Of a DNA stretch of 64,000 bases, positions 49,470 to 59,559 are shown piece by piece (the first letter of the stretch is position 1; each line of letters opens with the position of its first letter). A program made the translations under genes and the position numbers. Below the pieces are notes generated by a model. The model searched no databases. It saw only the letters and a program-made list of their open reading frames with translations, and had not been told where the DNA came from. This DNA comes from Candidatus Bathyarchaeia archaeon (lineage in GTDB: Archaea > Thermoproteota > Bathyarchaeia > 40CM-2-53-6), in contig JBEKVV010000001.1 in NCBI GenBank assembly GCA_049513715.1, positions 768,001-832,000 on the forward strand, written 5' to 3'.

Positions 49470-50804
49470 TTAATTCCTTGCAAGCGAACACATCGGGTCC
49501 CAGAAGGGCAGAACCACCGGCTCAGTATCAAGGAGGTTGGTGAGTTCTGGAGGCAGATGCTTTTTCCTCACAACAACCTCGTAGAGGTATTCGTCGAACC
49601 ATTCATCCATCATGTACATGTATCCTTGATCCCCTATTGCTGCTCCCCAGCTGTTTTCAACTCGCCATTTCCTGGGGTTGCCTTGCTCATCGAGGTCGAC
49701 TCCAGTAATCACCATTGCATGAGTTATCTCACTATCGCCATACTCCAATCTTGCAGCTTTGTCAAGTTGGAACTTCGCACCAAAGACTAATTCGTAGTCA
49801 TAGATGCTTAGGTCCATTGCACCCATCTTCGTCTCCAGCATTTTAGCCACGTCACATCCGAACCATACAGCCTGATTATCTTCGATCATGTCTACAGTTG
49901 CTTTCTTCAGCGTCTTCAGGTCGACATTCAGGTAACGAGGACCTTGCCCACCGACCACATTGCCGAAATGTTGGACAGTGTAGAGTTTGTTGAATGGTTT
50001 GTTGGGTGCGTTGATTAGACTCACGAAATCATCAAGTTCTATTCCGACGTATTCATGGTAGAACTCAGCAGGGGTAACGTTTCCCCTTCTATGGAAAACG
50101 CCGTCCTTGTCCCGCCACTCCCAGTAAAACGTCTCTGGAGGAACGCCAAGGTTGATGCACAGCAACTTGTAGAATTCTTCCATGAACCCTCCCTTTCTCT
50201 CCCTTAGTTCAGTTGTAGAAGCTCCTTGCTCACTCATCTCTCGGAGAACCTTAGCGTATTCTCTTAATTTCGAGGCGAGTAGAGCATTCATTGGGTCAGA
50301 ATTGTTGCTGTTGGCTGTTTCTGGCATGAACGTTTTTGGCAAAATTCCGTACTTCTTTATGAGGTTCACAAACATGTTCCATTGACCGCCATCGGTTAAC
50401 GGATCCGAAAGAAGCGAACTGACTAGTCTGCCATTCAAGGGCTCTGCCTTCGATTCGATGATGTTCTCAAGGAAGTAGTTGGCTTTCTCTAGTTTATCCC
50501 AAAACATCTGATATGTTTCAGAGAGTTCGAACGTCCTTAGGTTCAGCTTTTTCATGGCTTCAAGAGCCAGTAGGCTTAGTCCAGAGAATAACCAGCATCT
50601 TCCAGTTCTTTCTTGGTTGGTGGCATCTGGAGATTCGATAAGATGACTAAAGGTAAAGTTCTGTCTGTCCACCTCTTTTCTACTTAGGGCAACTGCGGCG
50701 ATGCCATTCTCTGTGACGGCATTCAAGGCGAGTGTGTTTTTCGGGTCCTTATTGAAGGCTAGTGAGAAACGTCTCAAATCCTCAATACTCAAACGTTTTT
50801 CCAA
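49470..50804 (-). CDS. pepC: aminopeptidase C / bleomycin hydrolase (C1B)
   Basis: QERTGRCWLF, THAM, VENSWG, WDPM. Confidence 0.94.
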   Translation of the reverse strand: MEKRLSIEDLRRFSLAFNKDPKNTLALNAVTENGIAAVALSRKEVDRQNFTFSHLIESPDATNQERTGRCWLFSGLSLLALEAMKKLNLRTFELSETYQMFWDKLEKANYFLENIIESKAEPLNGRLVSSLLSDPLTDGGQWNMFVNLIKKYGILPKTFMPETANSNNSDPMNALLASKLREYAKVLREMSEQGASTTELRERKGGFMEEFYKLLCINLGVPPETFYWEWRDKDGVFHRRGNVTPAEFYHEYVGIELDDFVSLINAPNKPFNKLYTVQHFGNVVGGQGPRYLNVDLKTLKKATVDMIEDNQAVWFGCDVAKMLETKMGAMDLSIYDYELVFGAKFQLDKAARLEYGDSEITHAMVITGVDLDEQGNPRKWRVENSWGAAIGDQGYMYMMDEWFDEYLYEVVVRKKHLPPELTNLLDTEPVVLPFWDPMCSLARN

Positions 50805-50929
50805 GAAGTACCCACTGAACGCTTACTTTCATTCTTAGCTAAAGAAACTTCTCTCCTTATATCGTATGGAATGATTGTAGAGGAAAAGCCTCATACACCT
50901 CTCAACAGGTACATTCGGAATAGGAGAAA

Positions 50930-52264
50930 ATGCGAAAAGTCAGGACGAAGTTCTCGAAGGACCTAGGTCTCTTTGACTCGGTCCTTCTTGGGATTGGTTT
51001 CATAATAGGGTCGGGCATATTCCTCTTCCCAATCTTAATGGCCAGCAAAGCAGGAACCTTTTCTCTAGTTTCATGGGTCATCGCTGGCATCTACTCGATT
51101 CTGACCGGTCTCTGTTTTGCCGAAAATGCCCAGAAGATGCCGCGGGCGGGAGGGCTCTACGCGTATGCTCATGGCGCTCTGGGAAATGTTGCGGGGTTCC
51201 TGACTGGTTGGGCTTTTTGGACTGGGTATTGGATGACCCTCGCCACCGAAATGGTTGCCACCTCACTATACCTGAAGTTCTTCCTTCCGTCCTTGTCGGA
51301 TTTCTACAGGATCGTCATAGCCACCGTTATTGCCTTGTCCCTCACTGCGATAAACTACAGAGGAGTGAAGTCTGGAGGAAGAACTGAAGACATTTTAACG
51401 ATCGGTAAATTGGGTCCGCTCGCAGTCTTCATTATAGTCGGTGCATTCCTGGTCAGCTACAGCAACTACTATCCTCTAGCCCCGGCAAATGTGAGTCTTC
51501 TCCCAGCCGTAGGTTCAGCTACAATCTTCGCCCTTTGGGCGTATCTTGGCGTCGAAATAATCACAGTCCCAGAAGAGGAGATAAAAGATGCAAAGCGCAC
51601 AGTGCCCCGGGCCATAATCATTTCAGTCTTCACCGTTATGAGCATCTATCTGCTTGTAGCGGCGGTGGCACTCGGGCTTGGGCGCTGGGGGAACTTCGTC
51701 AACTCGCAGGCTCCACTTGCTGACATCTTTCAAGCAGCCACACAGCGATACGTCGGAAACGCCGGAGGGATCTTACTGGCACTTGGCGGGTTAATCGCCA
51801 TTCTTGGTTCCATCAATGCGGTAATTCTCGGGGCTGCGCGTATATCATACGCCATGGCAAGAGACCGACTCTTCCCCCAAATCATCAACCATCTCCATCC
51901 CAAATTCAAAACTCCTGACCGCGCGATCATACTCCAAACAATCCTAGCCATTTCACTAGTCTACGCATTATCGGACTTCACGATATTGGCTTCACTTGCA
52001 GTTCTATTCACAATAGTCCCCTATCTGTTCAGCTGCTTGGCCACGATCATGCTCATTTCAAAAGCCGGGTGGAAGACGCATGTGCTACACACTCGGTGGA
52101 CACCCTTTGCCGCAGTAATTTTCTCAGTCATCCTGTTCTATTACATTGACCTGAAGGTTCTATTGCTGGGCTTAGCCTTCATACTGGGAGGCCTGTTCTT
52201 GTATTACTTGTCGGTTCACGGAAAAGCAAAACCACCTCCGCTCGCCAGTAAATCAACTGATTAG
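50930..52264 (+). CDS. APC-family amino acid permease
   Basis: IIGSGIF, AGGLYAY, WAYLGVE, EEIKDAKRTVPRAI, about 12 TM helices. Confidence 0.92.
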   Translation: MRKVRTKFSKDLGLFDSVLLGIGFIIGSGIFLFPILMASKAGTFSLVSWVIAGIYSILTGLCFAENAQKMPRAGGLYAYAHGALGNVAGFLTGWAFWTGYWMTLATEMVATSLYLKFFLPSLSDFYRIVIATVIALSLTAINYRGVKSGGRTEDILTIGKLGPLAVFIIVGAFLVSYSNYYPLAPANVSLLPAVGSATIFALWAYLGVEIITVPEEEIKDAKRTVPRAIIISVFTVMSIYLLVAAVALGLGRWGNFVNSQAPLADIFQAATQRYVGNAGGILLALGGLIAILGSINAVILGAARISYAMARDRLFPQIINHLHPKFKTPDRAIILQTILAISLVYALSDFTILASLAVLFTIVPYLFSCLATIMLISKAGWKTHVLHTRWTPFAAVIFSVILFYYIDLKVLLLGLAFILGGLFLYYLSVHGKAKPPPLASKSTD

Positions 52265-52428
52265 TGCTAGACCTCCAAAGAATTCAAGGGCAATCGCAAC
52301 GTAGGTTGGGGCTGCAGGAACTCCAAGACTCTTAGTCCATTGGATGATCTGCAGAGTACCCTTTTGCTTAGGAGAACCGTTCATAACGAAACTGACATTG
52401 TAACGTGAGGTAGGGTACGTAAGCTTCA

Positions 52429-53142
52429 TCAATTGTCCTTATTGCCAAACCGGTTATGGTGCATGAAGTCCTTTACGTCGCGGCGCACTCGCAGATAGTT
52501 AGTTACCGCAGACCGAGGGTAACCCAGTCGGGCGGCAAAGGCAATTTTCATGCATTCAGGAATATTGAGAATCTTTTTTACCTCTTTCTCGACGGCGATT
52601 CCGCTGAAGACACTCAATATGTGAAAGCCAATCCCCAGAGATTGAGCCATGAGCCACATATTCTCCATAACGCAGCCGAGACTCATAATTCCCAAGACAT
52701 CTCCCTCCGAAGCAGGCGCCCTTTTCCTGGAGTCATAGAGCACTATCAAAAGCGTTGGGCTGCCCTGAATGCGTTCCTGCAGGGGCCACGGCCCCTCCCG
52801 AACAGCTTCATCCAGCCTAGCAGGATCAGTCCATGACGGGGGAAACATGGCGGCAAGAATTCCAACCTTCTTTTGGAGGAACTCCTTCTTCGAGAACGAG
52901 AGTTGTTCATAGTTTTCCCTGATGAACTCCTCTGATACCTGAGACTTTATGTGCCCTATTTCTTTCAGAACTTTCTCGTTGTCGATGACGATGACTTCGA
53001 AGTTCTGCATGTTGTGTGCCGTGGGAGCCCAGCGCCCAGCTTCAAGAATTTGTGTTAAATCCTTCTTGGTCACAGAGTGTTTCCGATCGAAAAGCCCCCT
53101 CGACGAGTGCCTTTCCTCGATGAGCTTCAGGAGATTAGTCAT
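52429..53142 (-). CDS. nitroreductase family protein
   Basis: RHSSR, WAPTAHNMQ, ENMWLMA..LGIG, LGYP. Confidence 0.88.
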   Translation of the reverse strand: MTNLLKLIEERHSSRGLFDRKHSVTKKDLTQILEAGRWAPTAHNMQNFEVIVIDNEKVLKEIGHIKSQVSEEFIRENYEQLSFSKKEFLQKKVGILAAMFPPSWTDPARLDEAVREGPWPLQERIQGSPTLLIVLYDSRKRAPASEGDVLGIMSLGCVMENMWLMAQSLGIGFHILSVFSGIAVEKEVKKILNIPECMKIAFAARLGYPRSAVTNYLRVRRDVKDFMHHNRFGNKDN

Positions 53143-53200
53143 AATGGCCGTCCCACATTCAGAACCGCCAGAAAATGAACGTTTCCGACAAGCATCACAC

Positions 53201-54523
53201 TTAACTCAGTAGCGCTGGTAGGGCGAGTACTCCTGACAAGAGTACGAGACCTAGCATTAGCCAGTAAGCCATCCTCCAAGCCCCTTTCATTGCATTCTTC
53301 CCCATGACGCTTTTGTTTGATGAAAGCATGCCCTGAAGCACCGCGGGAAATATGAGAACAAAGACGAAGATGACCATCAAGTTCAACATGAGCTTCACTA
53401 AGTCCGCGAAGAAAAATGGAATCAAAACCGCGGGCAACGTTTCCAGCAGATACACAACGTAGAAGTTCCTGGCCAACGAGAATCTTTCACCGATCCGTGT
53501 CCTCCAACCCAAGGCTTCAGCGATTCCCCAAGTGCTGGCGAGAGAGATGACTACGAGGGCTAGGAAGCTTGCGGAAGCTAACCCAACCCCGAATAGAAAG
53601 TAAGCATATCCACCGGCTAATGGTTTCAGCGCAGCGGCTAGTGATGTTGGTGAGAGAAAGTCGACGGCGCCTAGTGAAGATGATACGACGACTATTGCGA
53701 TCATGATGATTTCGCTGGCCACAGCACCCAGTAGAGTTTCCAACCTTTCATGCGAAATTTGGCTTCCGTTCAATCCTTTTTGGGCAACTGCACCGGCTTG
53801 ATAGAAGAGCATCCAAGGCATGATTACTGCGCCGACATTGGCGGCTACCATGTAGCTAAAGGAACGATCCAAGTAAGGATGAATTGGCGTCAAGGCCGTG
53901 CCTAGTAGGCCTTTGATGTCTGGTTTGACGAGGATGGCTGCGAGAATATACGAGGAGAGTAGAACTCCCGTTACAAGAAGCAGAACCCTCTCTGTGTTTC
54001 TATAGCTGCCCGTGAAGACTAGCGCGGAATGGAGTATGAATACGATTGGAAGGGAAACTATTGGGGGAATACCGAGCACACTCAAGCCTACCGCTATCCC
54101 AGTGTATTCAACCGCGTAGCTCAGAAAATCCGTTGCGAACATGGGGAGGGAGGCTACGATTGCCATTTTCTGCGAGTAGTGGTCTTTGATTATGGCAGCT
54201 AGGCCCTTGCCTGTAATTATGCCCAGTCGTCCAGATGCTTCTTGAATGAAGAAGAGGGGAACGATCAAAACTAGAAGTATGAAGGCCATGTGGTAACCGA
54301 ACCGGGCGCCACTTTCCGCCGCTGTAATCACGCTGGCTGCATCCACGTCGGCAATCATCACAATCCATGCTGGTCCCAGAACTGCGAGAAACGCCTTGAA
54401 TGCGGAAGGAAGCCCTAGCTTAGTCGACCTGGATCGCGACTGAAGCGAATGTGCTCCCTCGCACATCGAATTGCGAGTAATTGTAGAAAGCCTCTTGGCA
54501 TGTACAATAAGTTCCGTATTCAC
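53201..54523 (-). CDS. NRAMP-family divalent metal transporter
   Basis: GPAW...ADVDA, GA.IMPWM.FYQ; real start probably downstream of the track start. Confidence 0.88.
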   Translation of the reverse strand: MNTELIVHAKRLSTITRNSMCEGAHSLQSRSRSTKLGLPSAFKAFLAVLGPAWIVMIADVDAASVITAAESGARFGYHMAFILLVLIVPLFFIQEASGRLGIITGKGLAAIIKDHYSQKMAIVASLPMFATDFLSYAVEYTGIAVGLSVLGIPPIVSLPIVFILHSALVFTGSYRNTERVLLLVTGVLLSSYILAAILVKPDIKGLLGTALTPIHPYLDRSFSYMVAANVGAVIMPWMLFYQAGAVAQKGLNGSQISHERLETLLGAVASEIIMIAIVVVSSSLGAVDFLSPTSLAAALKPLAGGYAYFLFGVGLASASFLALVVISLASTWGIAEALGWRTRIGERFSLARNFYVVYLLETLPAVLIPFFFADLVKLMLNLMVIFVFVLIFPAVLQGMLSSNKSVMGKNAMKGAWRMAYWLMLGLVLLSGVLALPALLS

Positions 54524-54629
54524 CGTGGCAAGAATCGAGACGACGCTTCAGGATCATTCGGAAGATGGAGACAACCGTTGTCCCCAGTCACGATTTCAAC
54601 AGCGCGAATCATGCGGCCCTCGTCACTCG

Positions 54630-54848
54630 CTAACCACCAGCGACGAGTGGTATGAAATCCACTTCGTTTCCGTCCTCCAACCCTGCACCGGTTTTCGCCG
54701 GAGCGCCGTCAACCAAGATCAACATAGAAGCCATCATTTGTGGTGAAATAGATGGATGTCTCAGTAGGACCGCATCTAGGAGATCAGGGAGGTAAGCTGG
54801 GTTTTGGAGAACGAAATACTCGCCACCCTTGCTGACATATTGGGCCAT
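54630..54848 (-). CDS. MoaD/ThiS (SAMP-like) ubiquitin-fold protein, N-terminus possibly disrupted
   Basis: ILVDG..LEDGNEVDFIPLVAGG with C-terminal di-glycine. Confidence 0.75.
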   Translation of the reverse strand: MAQYVSKGGEYFVLQNPAYLPDLLDAVLLRHPSISPQMMASMLILVDGAPAKTGAGLEDGNEVDFIPLVAGG

Positions 54849-54934
54849 GTCACCTCATCCTCAGGTGATTTCACCCTTGACCAACCGGATAAACCCAACT
54901 CGTACCGCTTTGGCTAATTTACCGGACCGTCACT

Positions 54935-55318
54935 CTACAGTCTCTTAATGATTGGAAAGAGCTCTTCTTCCGATCGTTCGAAAGCATCAGATACCTCTGC
55001 CAGTTTCCTTGAGGTTAGGTGAAGCTCGATTCCTTCGATTCCGTTCTTAACTCGAATTACGCCGTCGCGGGGCTTCACGCATTCCACCTGCCCCTTGTCA
55101 AGGCCCAGCAGAGCCTTGAAAGCATCTGCTAGGCATTCCTTTGCTCCGACTCTTACTTGTAGAGCGCTCCTATCATTGGTGATGCGCAGTTCTCGTTCCA
55201 CGATGTCCACTGCTCTAATTCCTATTGCTAGCCCGACGCATTCATCGCCATGAAGTCGGGCCGCCTCCTTCAGCCTCTGCTCCCAGATCTCATTTTTTGA
55301 CAATTCCAAACACCGCAT
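54935..55318 (-). CDS. FmdE-like protein
   Basis: LHGDECVGLAIGIRA, CLADA, EEELF. Confidence 0.65.
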   Translation of the reverse strand: MRCLELSKNEIWEQRLKEAARLHGDECVGLAIGIRAVDIVERELRITNDRSALQVRVGAKECLADAFKALLGLDKGQVECVKPRDGVIRVKNGIEGIELHLTSRKLAEVSDAFERSEEELFPIIKRL

Positions 55319-55969
55319 CGCATTGAAGTTAGAATGACGGCGAACAAGAAGGCGTTGGCTGGAAACTTGAAAACGTCAAGATCTTCCTGATCAACGCAAT
55401 CTCCATTTTGCGGAGCGCTGCGGCCAAATTCAATCCGCATATCCCTCAGATCTCGTATCGGTGGCAGCTGTGGCAGTACCATCTTTGGAACTGTTCCACG
55501 TAAGTGAGGTCCCCACGGCAAACAGAGCACTGGGGAATCTCCGATTTCTTCGTCGCTTTTCAACTCGCATTTCGATAGTGGGCCCACTGACAAAACTCTT
55601 ACGTTGAGCCACGTTCGGCACAACGTTCCTAGGTCTGAACCACTAGGTGGAATAGTGGAGCTTGTTCCACCCTGCTTTAAGTATAAAGTACCCCTAGCTA
55701 CCTGTTGAAAGCGAAAGGGTGGTGAATTGAAGATGGCGAAGAAACGCAAGGTTAAGATGCGAGTTAACGCAGACGCTCCAAGATCCGAGAAGGGCAGCAG
55801 CGAATACGTAGCATAAGCCCAACGAGGCTAATGCTGCTTGGACGAGGTTCCTTCGGGAACCTTCCCGATTTACCCTTTTTCCGGTAAACCCACGAATTTC
55901 CAGCGTGCAGGTCTGATGTTGCGAGCAACTAATCCGTAATTGAGCAAGCATGTTGTATAGATGTCTGAG

Positions 55970-57001
55970 TTAGCCCGCGTGGACAGCCGTGAGCACGCTG
56001 ATCGCATCGCATGTAACGAATTCATTCATTCTTCGCTGGCTTACTCCTCCCCAACCTACGAGAGAACGTCCACTAGTCAGTCTCTTTGTCCCTCGATAAT
56101 ATGCCTCCTCAGCCGAGAAGCCTCCATCGTCGAGTCCTTTCGATTGGAGTAGCGCGACTGCGTCCAAGCACCTTGTGTCTTGTATGAACCCAACCTCCAT
56201 CATGACTTTCAGACCGAATAGGAAATCGTAGTGCCAGTAGCACGGGTAGTGTAACTTAGTGAACTTCCCAGAAATTATCCTTCCGTCGCGTTTTCGTTTG
56301 AATAGCCTCCTATCGAGGAAGAATTCCGCGGCCCTCTGGACGGCAATCGTGTACGAGCTTGCGCCCGAACTTGCGTGGTGCGCCAAGCCACGGAGTGGCA
56401 GAAGACTCTCTGTGAAGGAAGACGTGTGAGCCTTGGGTTTCTTGTCGCAATTCCAGCCTCCGTCTGGCCATTGCCACTCGACCAGCCTATCAGCCAAGGC
56501 GTGTGTTCTTTCGTCAGCGAGACCTAGCGCATGTAAGTAATAGATTGCGTTTCCCTCCATTGACGCGTGAGCCCTGACTAAGCCGCGTGTCTTCATGATT
56601 GGCCCGGCGTAGGTGTCATGGTGCCTAGTGTACTCCAAATGCTGCCTAGAAAACAGCCATTCGTATACCTGCTCTCTCAAGGGAACGAGTGTTTTGTCTT
56701 CAGGAGGGTAGCGCAGGTCGGCCAGCGCTGAGAGAACCCAATGGGCACCGTACCACTTGGCATACGGGTGGTAGGGAATTCTGCCGTTCTTGCTCTCTGA
56801 CAGGAGCAGTCTAACACGTTTGGATCGCCTCACCTCTTTCTGTAGCCTCGCAACTTCCCTCGAACTAGGAGACTCTCCGAGTATGTCAACATGAGTTCTC
56901 AGGCGTATCGAAGGTTCGTCGGATGCCAACAGCATCTGAATCACACCCTCCATATTGGCGGTGTGTGACCCAGGCAATTTAGGTGAGAGCAGCTCCAGCA
57001 C
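55970..57001 (-). CDS. prenyltransferase/terpene-cyclase-like alpha-barrel protein
   Basis: QW.DGGWNC, YPCYWHYD motifs. Confidence 0.65.
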   Translation of the reverse strand: MLELLSPKLPGSHTANMEGVIQMLLASDEPSIRLRTHVDILGESPSSREVARLQKEVRRSKRVRLLLSESKNGRIPYHPYAKWYGAHWVLSALADLRYPPEDKTLVPLREQVYEWLFSRQHLEYTRHHDTYAGPIMKTRGLVRAHASMEGNAIYYLHALGLADERTHALADRLVEWQWPDGGWNCDKKPKAHTSSFTESLLPLRGLAHHASSGASSYTIAVQRAAEFFLDRRLFKRKRDGRIISGKFTKLHYPCYWHYDFLFGLKVMMEVGFIQDTRCLDAVALLQSKGLDDGGFSAEEAYYRGTKRLTSGRSLVGWGGVSQRRMNEFVTCDAISVLTAVHAG

Positions 57002-57037
57002 CAGATGGAAACGAGCGCGACGGTGAACAAAACGAAA

Positions 57038-57388
57038 TCAAGATGAGTTACCCGCTTCCAAATGAAAGTGGTGCAGGAAGCGGTGGACGACTGGGGCGAA
57101 AAGTACCCCTGCAACAACGACAAAGACCACGCCGCTGTACAGAGCATAGAATGAGGCGAACAATTTTCCGGCGGTTGTATGCAATTCATTGACCGGCCCC
57201 ATGCCCCCGAGGATCATCGCCGCGTTGAGAAGTGAATCAACCCATGGGATACCTTCGAAGAAATGATACCCGAGCATGCCGATGACCAAAGAACCTAGGT
57301 CGATTCCAAGCGCGATTACTGCGTACCGCGCCAGTCGTCGCAGAAACGCAGACGCAGGAAGTAAGGGTTCGCTACGATGCTCAAACAT
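57038..57388 (-). CDS. small two-TM channel-like membrane protein
   Basis: DSLLNAAMILGGMGP, GKLFASFYALYSG. Confidence 0.75.
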   Translation of the reverse strand: MFEHRSEPLLPASAFLRRLARYAVIALGIDLGSLVIGMLGYHFFEGIPWVDSLLNAAMILGGMGPVNELHTTAGKLFASFYALYSGVVFVVVAGVLFAPVVHRFLHHFHLEAGNSS

Positions 57389-57565
57389 AGGCGTTCCTCC
57401 GATTAACGAGACCTACCCTTGCCGCCGGCCCCACCTTATCAAGATTCTCACAACCGATTTGCATTATTCCCGCCTGGCCTCCCAATATCGGGAAGAATCT
57501 TATGTCAATCTTCTCACATGTTTCGGAGGTAGTCTTATCTCTGCGCCACTCGAGAGCAACTGTGA

Positions 57566-57829
57566 ATGCCAATGTTGCTCATCATTGACGCGTTGTCCAG
57601 AGGGGACAGTTTCCCGGTTGATTCCTTGAAAGAAGTTGATGCGGCTTTGGCTACGCTGGAGTTCAAGAAAGAGATCCACTCGGTCGTAAAACCCGGGAAG
57701 CAATATTCCCTAACTTACGATGGCCCCAGCACTGAAAAGAGCAGAATCGAAGACGCCCTACGACCAGTTGCGGAGAAAAACAATATCGGCCTGTCTTTCG
57801 AGGTTGAGGAATCGGTTAAGTTCCCCTGA
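57566..57829 (+). CDS. hypothetical protein
   Basis: Clean ORF with typical composition. Confidence 0.55.
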   Translation: MPMLLIIDALSRGDSFPVDSLKEVDAALATLEFKKEIHSVVKPGKQYSLTYDGPSTEKSRIEDALRPVAEKNNIGLSFEVEESVKFP

Positions 57830-58074
57830 TCAGACGGATGTCTCAGCGATCTTGTCTTCGTTCGACCAGAGTCGTAGAACGAACAGAGCTTTCGTTGCAC
57901 ATTTTCTGGATAGCGATAACGGAAACTGTGGCTTAAAATCATCGTAGAGTTTCATTTTCGTATCTTTGTGCGATTAGTTTCACTTAGCTCACCGACCACC
58001 GGGCACCTCAGCCGCGTTATATCGTGAATTTCGGTCTGCTATTCCATATTGCAGCTTGCATGGTGAAGTAGCAG

Positions 58075-58251
58075 ATGCTTGAAGGTTTCGCAAAAATCGT
58101 CCTCCCCACCAGAAGCGACCGAAGCAAAACAGGAATCCTGTACATTCCTGCGGACGTGGTCAAAGACTCATCCTTCCCGTTCGAACCAGATCAAGAGGTC
58201 GTCATCCGCATTGACGGAAAACGCCTCGTAATCGAGGAGTCGAGAGCATAA
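58075..58251 (+). CDS. AbrB/SpoVT-like microprotein (58 aa)
   Basis: MLEGFAKIVLPTRSDRSKTGILYIPADVVKDSSFPFEPDQEVVIRIDGKRLVIEESRA; its TAA overlaps the crenactin ATG. Confidence 0.75.
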   Translation: MLEGFAKIVLPTRSDRSKTGILYIPADVVKDSSFPFEPDQEVVIRIDGKRLVIEESRA

Positions 58252-59519
58252 TGGCCCTTGACAATTACAGAAGCCACTACACATTCGCAATGGATTTCGG
58301 AACGAGCGACTTCAAGTTCGGCCCGATCACTTGCGGCGAGAACCCTAGAATCGTAAACAACCGGGGCTACTTCCCCGACAAGAAGTCCGTCATGTACCGC
58401 GCCTTCGAAACCACCTCAGACATCATTGTCGGCGAAGAGGTACCGCTCTATCTCCAATCCATCGATGACCTTTCCTCCCGCCTCGTCTACCCAATGAGGA
58501 ACGGCGTAATCGACAAAGGAGACGACAACGCTTGGCGCGTAGTCAGCGCTCTCTCCCGCTACGGATTGGACGCCTTCAAAGAGAGACCGAACGATGGCTT
58601 TCAGGGATTCTACGTGGTAGCATCCCTCTCCTCAGTTTCACCCAGATACATGTACGAGCACCTGATGGACATTTTCAAAAACCTCAATGATGGCACCATC
58701 AAAGCCGTAACGATAATTCCACAACCCTTCGCTGTAGCAATAGGTCACGGAGTCACCACGTGTGTCGTAATCGAATCCGGCCATGGAAACAGCCAGATCT
58801 GCCCGATATCCAAGTACCCCATCCGAAGCGCGCAAGTGGCACTCAACCGCGGGGGCGGCGACGCGAACGCGATAACATCTGAGATCCTCAAAGACGCAGG
58901 ATACGGAGACTTGACCGGTGAGGAGACGCTAATTCGAAAGGTCAAAGAGAACATCGGACTTGTCCCCGCCGACCTTGACTCCGCCATTGCCGAAGCAAAG
59001 AAGCTACCCCGAAGGTTCCGGGCGAAATACAAAGTCCCAGGAACACGCGTAGAAATTGATCTGGAAAAGGACTCATGGGCTAGGTTTCTGATTGGGGAAT
59101 ACGTCTTCAACCCCAATCATGAAATTTTCGAAAGTTACTTCGGGCGCGGAATGCCTCGGCCAAAAGACGTGAAGATGGGTGAAACAACCTTCCGCGGCAT
59201 GCTTGATTTCGGCGATGCAATTGTGGCCTCCGTTGAAAGATGCCCAGTCGAGCTCCAACCCATGCTCTACCGTGAAATCCTCCTATCCGGAGGTAACTTC
59301 AGCTGGAAAGTGCCAGAGCGAATGGAAGAAATTGCGGTTGATGCTCCCACAAAAGTGAAGCTTCTCCTTCGCGATAAAGGAATCAAGAATGTTTCAGTGA
59401 AGATGACGCAAGCACCGCAGTTTTCCGTGTGGCATGGTTGCATAATCTACGGGTTCGCAGTACCAGAAAACTACGAATGGGATTGGCAGAGATTGGAGGG
59501 GTGGATGAAGCTTAGCTAA
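58251..59519 (+). CDS. crenactin (archaeal actin)
   Basis: DFGTS phosphate-1, YPMRNG, IIPQPFAVAI, ESGHGN phosphate-2, LNRGG.DAN, RFLIGE.VF.PNHE, LSGGNFSW, QFSVW.G, EGW; matches crenactin as I recall it. Confidence 0.92.
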   Translation: MALDNYRSHYTFAMDFGTSDFKFGPITCGENPRIVNNRGYFPDKKSVMYRAFETTSDIIVGEEVPLYLQSIDDLSSRLVYPMRNGVIDKGDDNAWRVVSALSRYGLDAFKERPNDGFQGFYVVASLSSVSPRYMYEHLMDIFKNLNDGTIKAVTIIPQPFAVAIGHGVTTCVVIESGHGNSQICPISKYPIRSAQVALNRGGGDANAITSEILKDAGYGDLTGEETLIRKVKENIGLVPADLDSAIAEAKKLPRRFRAKYKVPGTRVEIDLEKDSWARFLIGEYVFNPNHEIFESYFGRGMPRPKDVKMGETTFRGMLDFGDAIVASVERCPVELQPMLYREILLSGGNFSWKVPERMEEIAVDAPTKVKLLLRDKGIKNVSVKMTQAPQFSVWHGCIIYGFAVPENYEWDWQRLEGWMKLS

Positions 59520-59559
59520 TCTTCCGATCGAGCAAAGACTCCTGCACTACTTCCTCGCT

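Noticed and set aside
21954..57900. A single provirus or integrative element inserted at tRNA-Gln
   Set aside because: No integrase, capsid or replication gene, no duplicate of this tRNA's 3' end found, and the core thermosome gene lies within the span.
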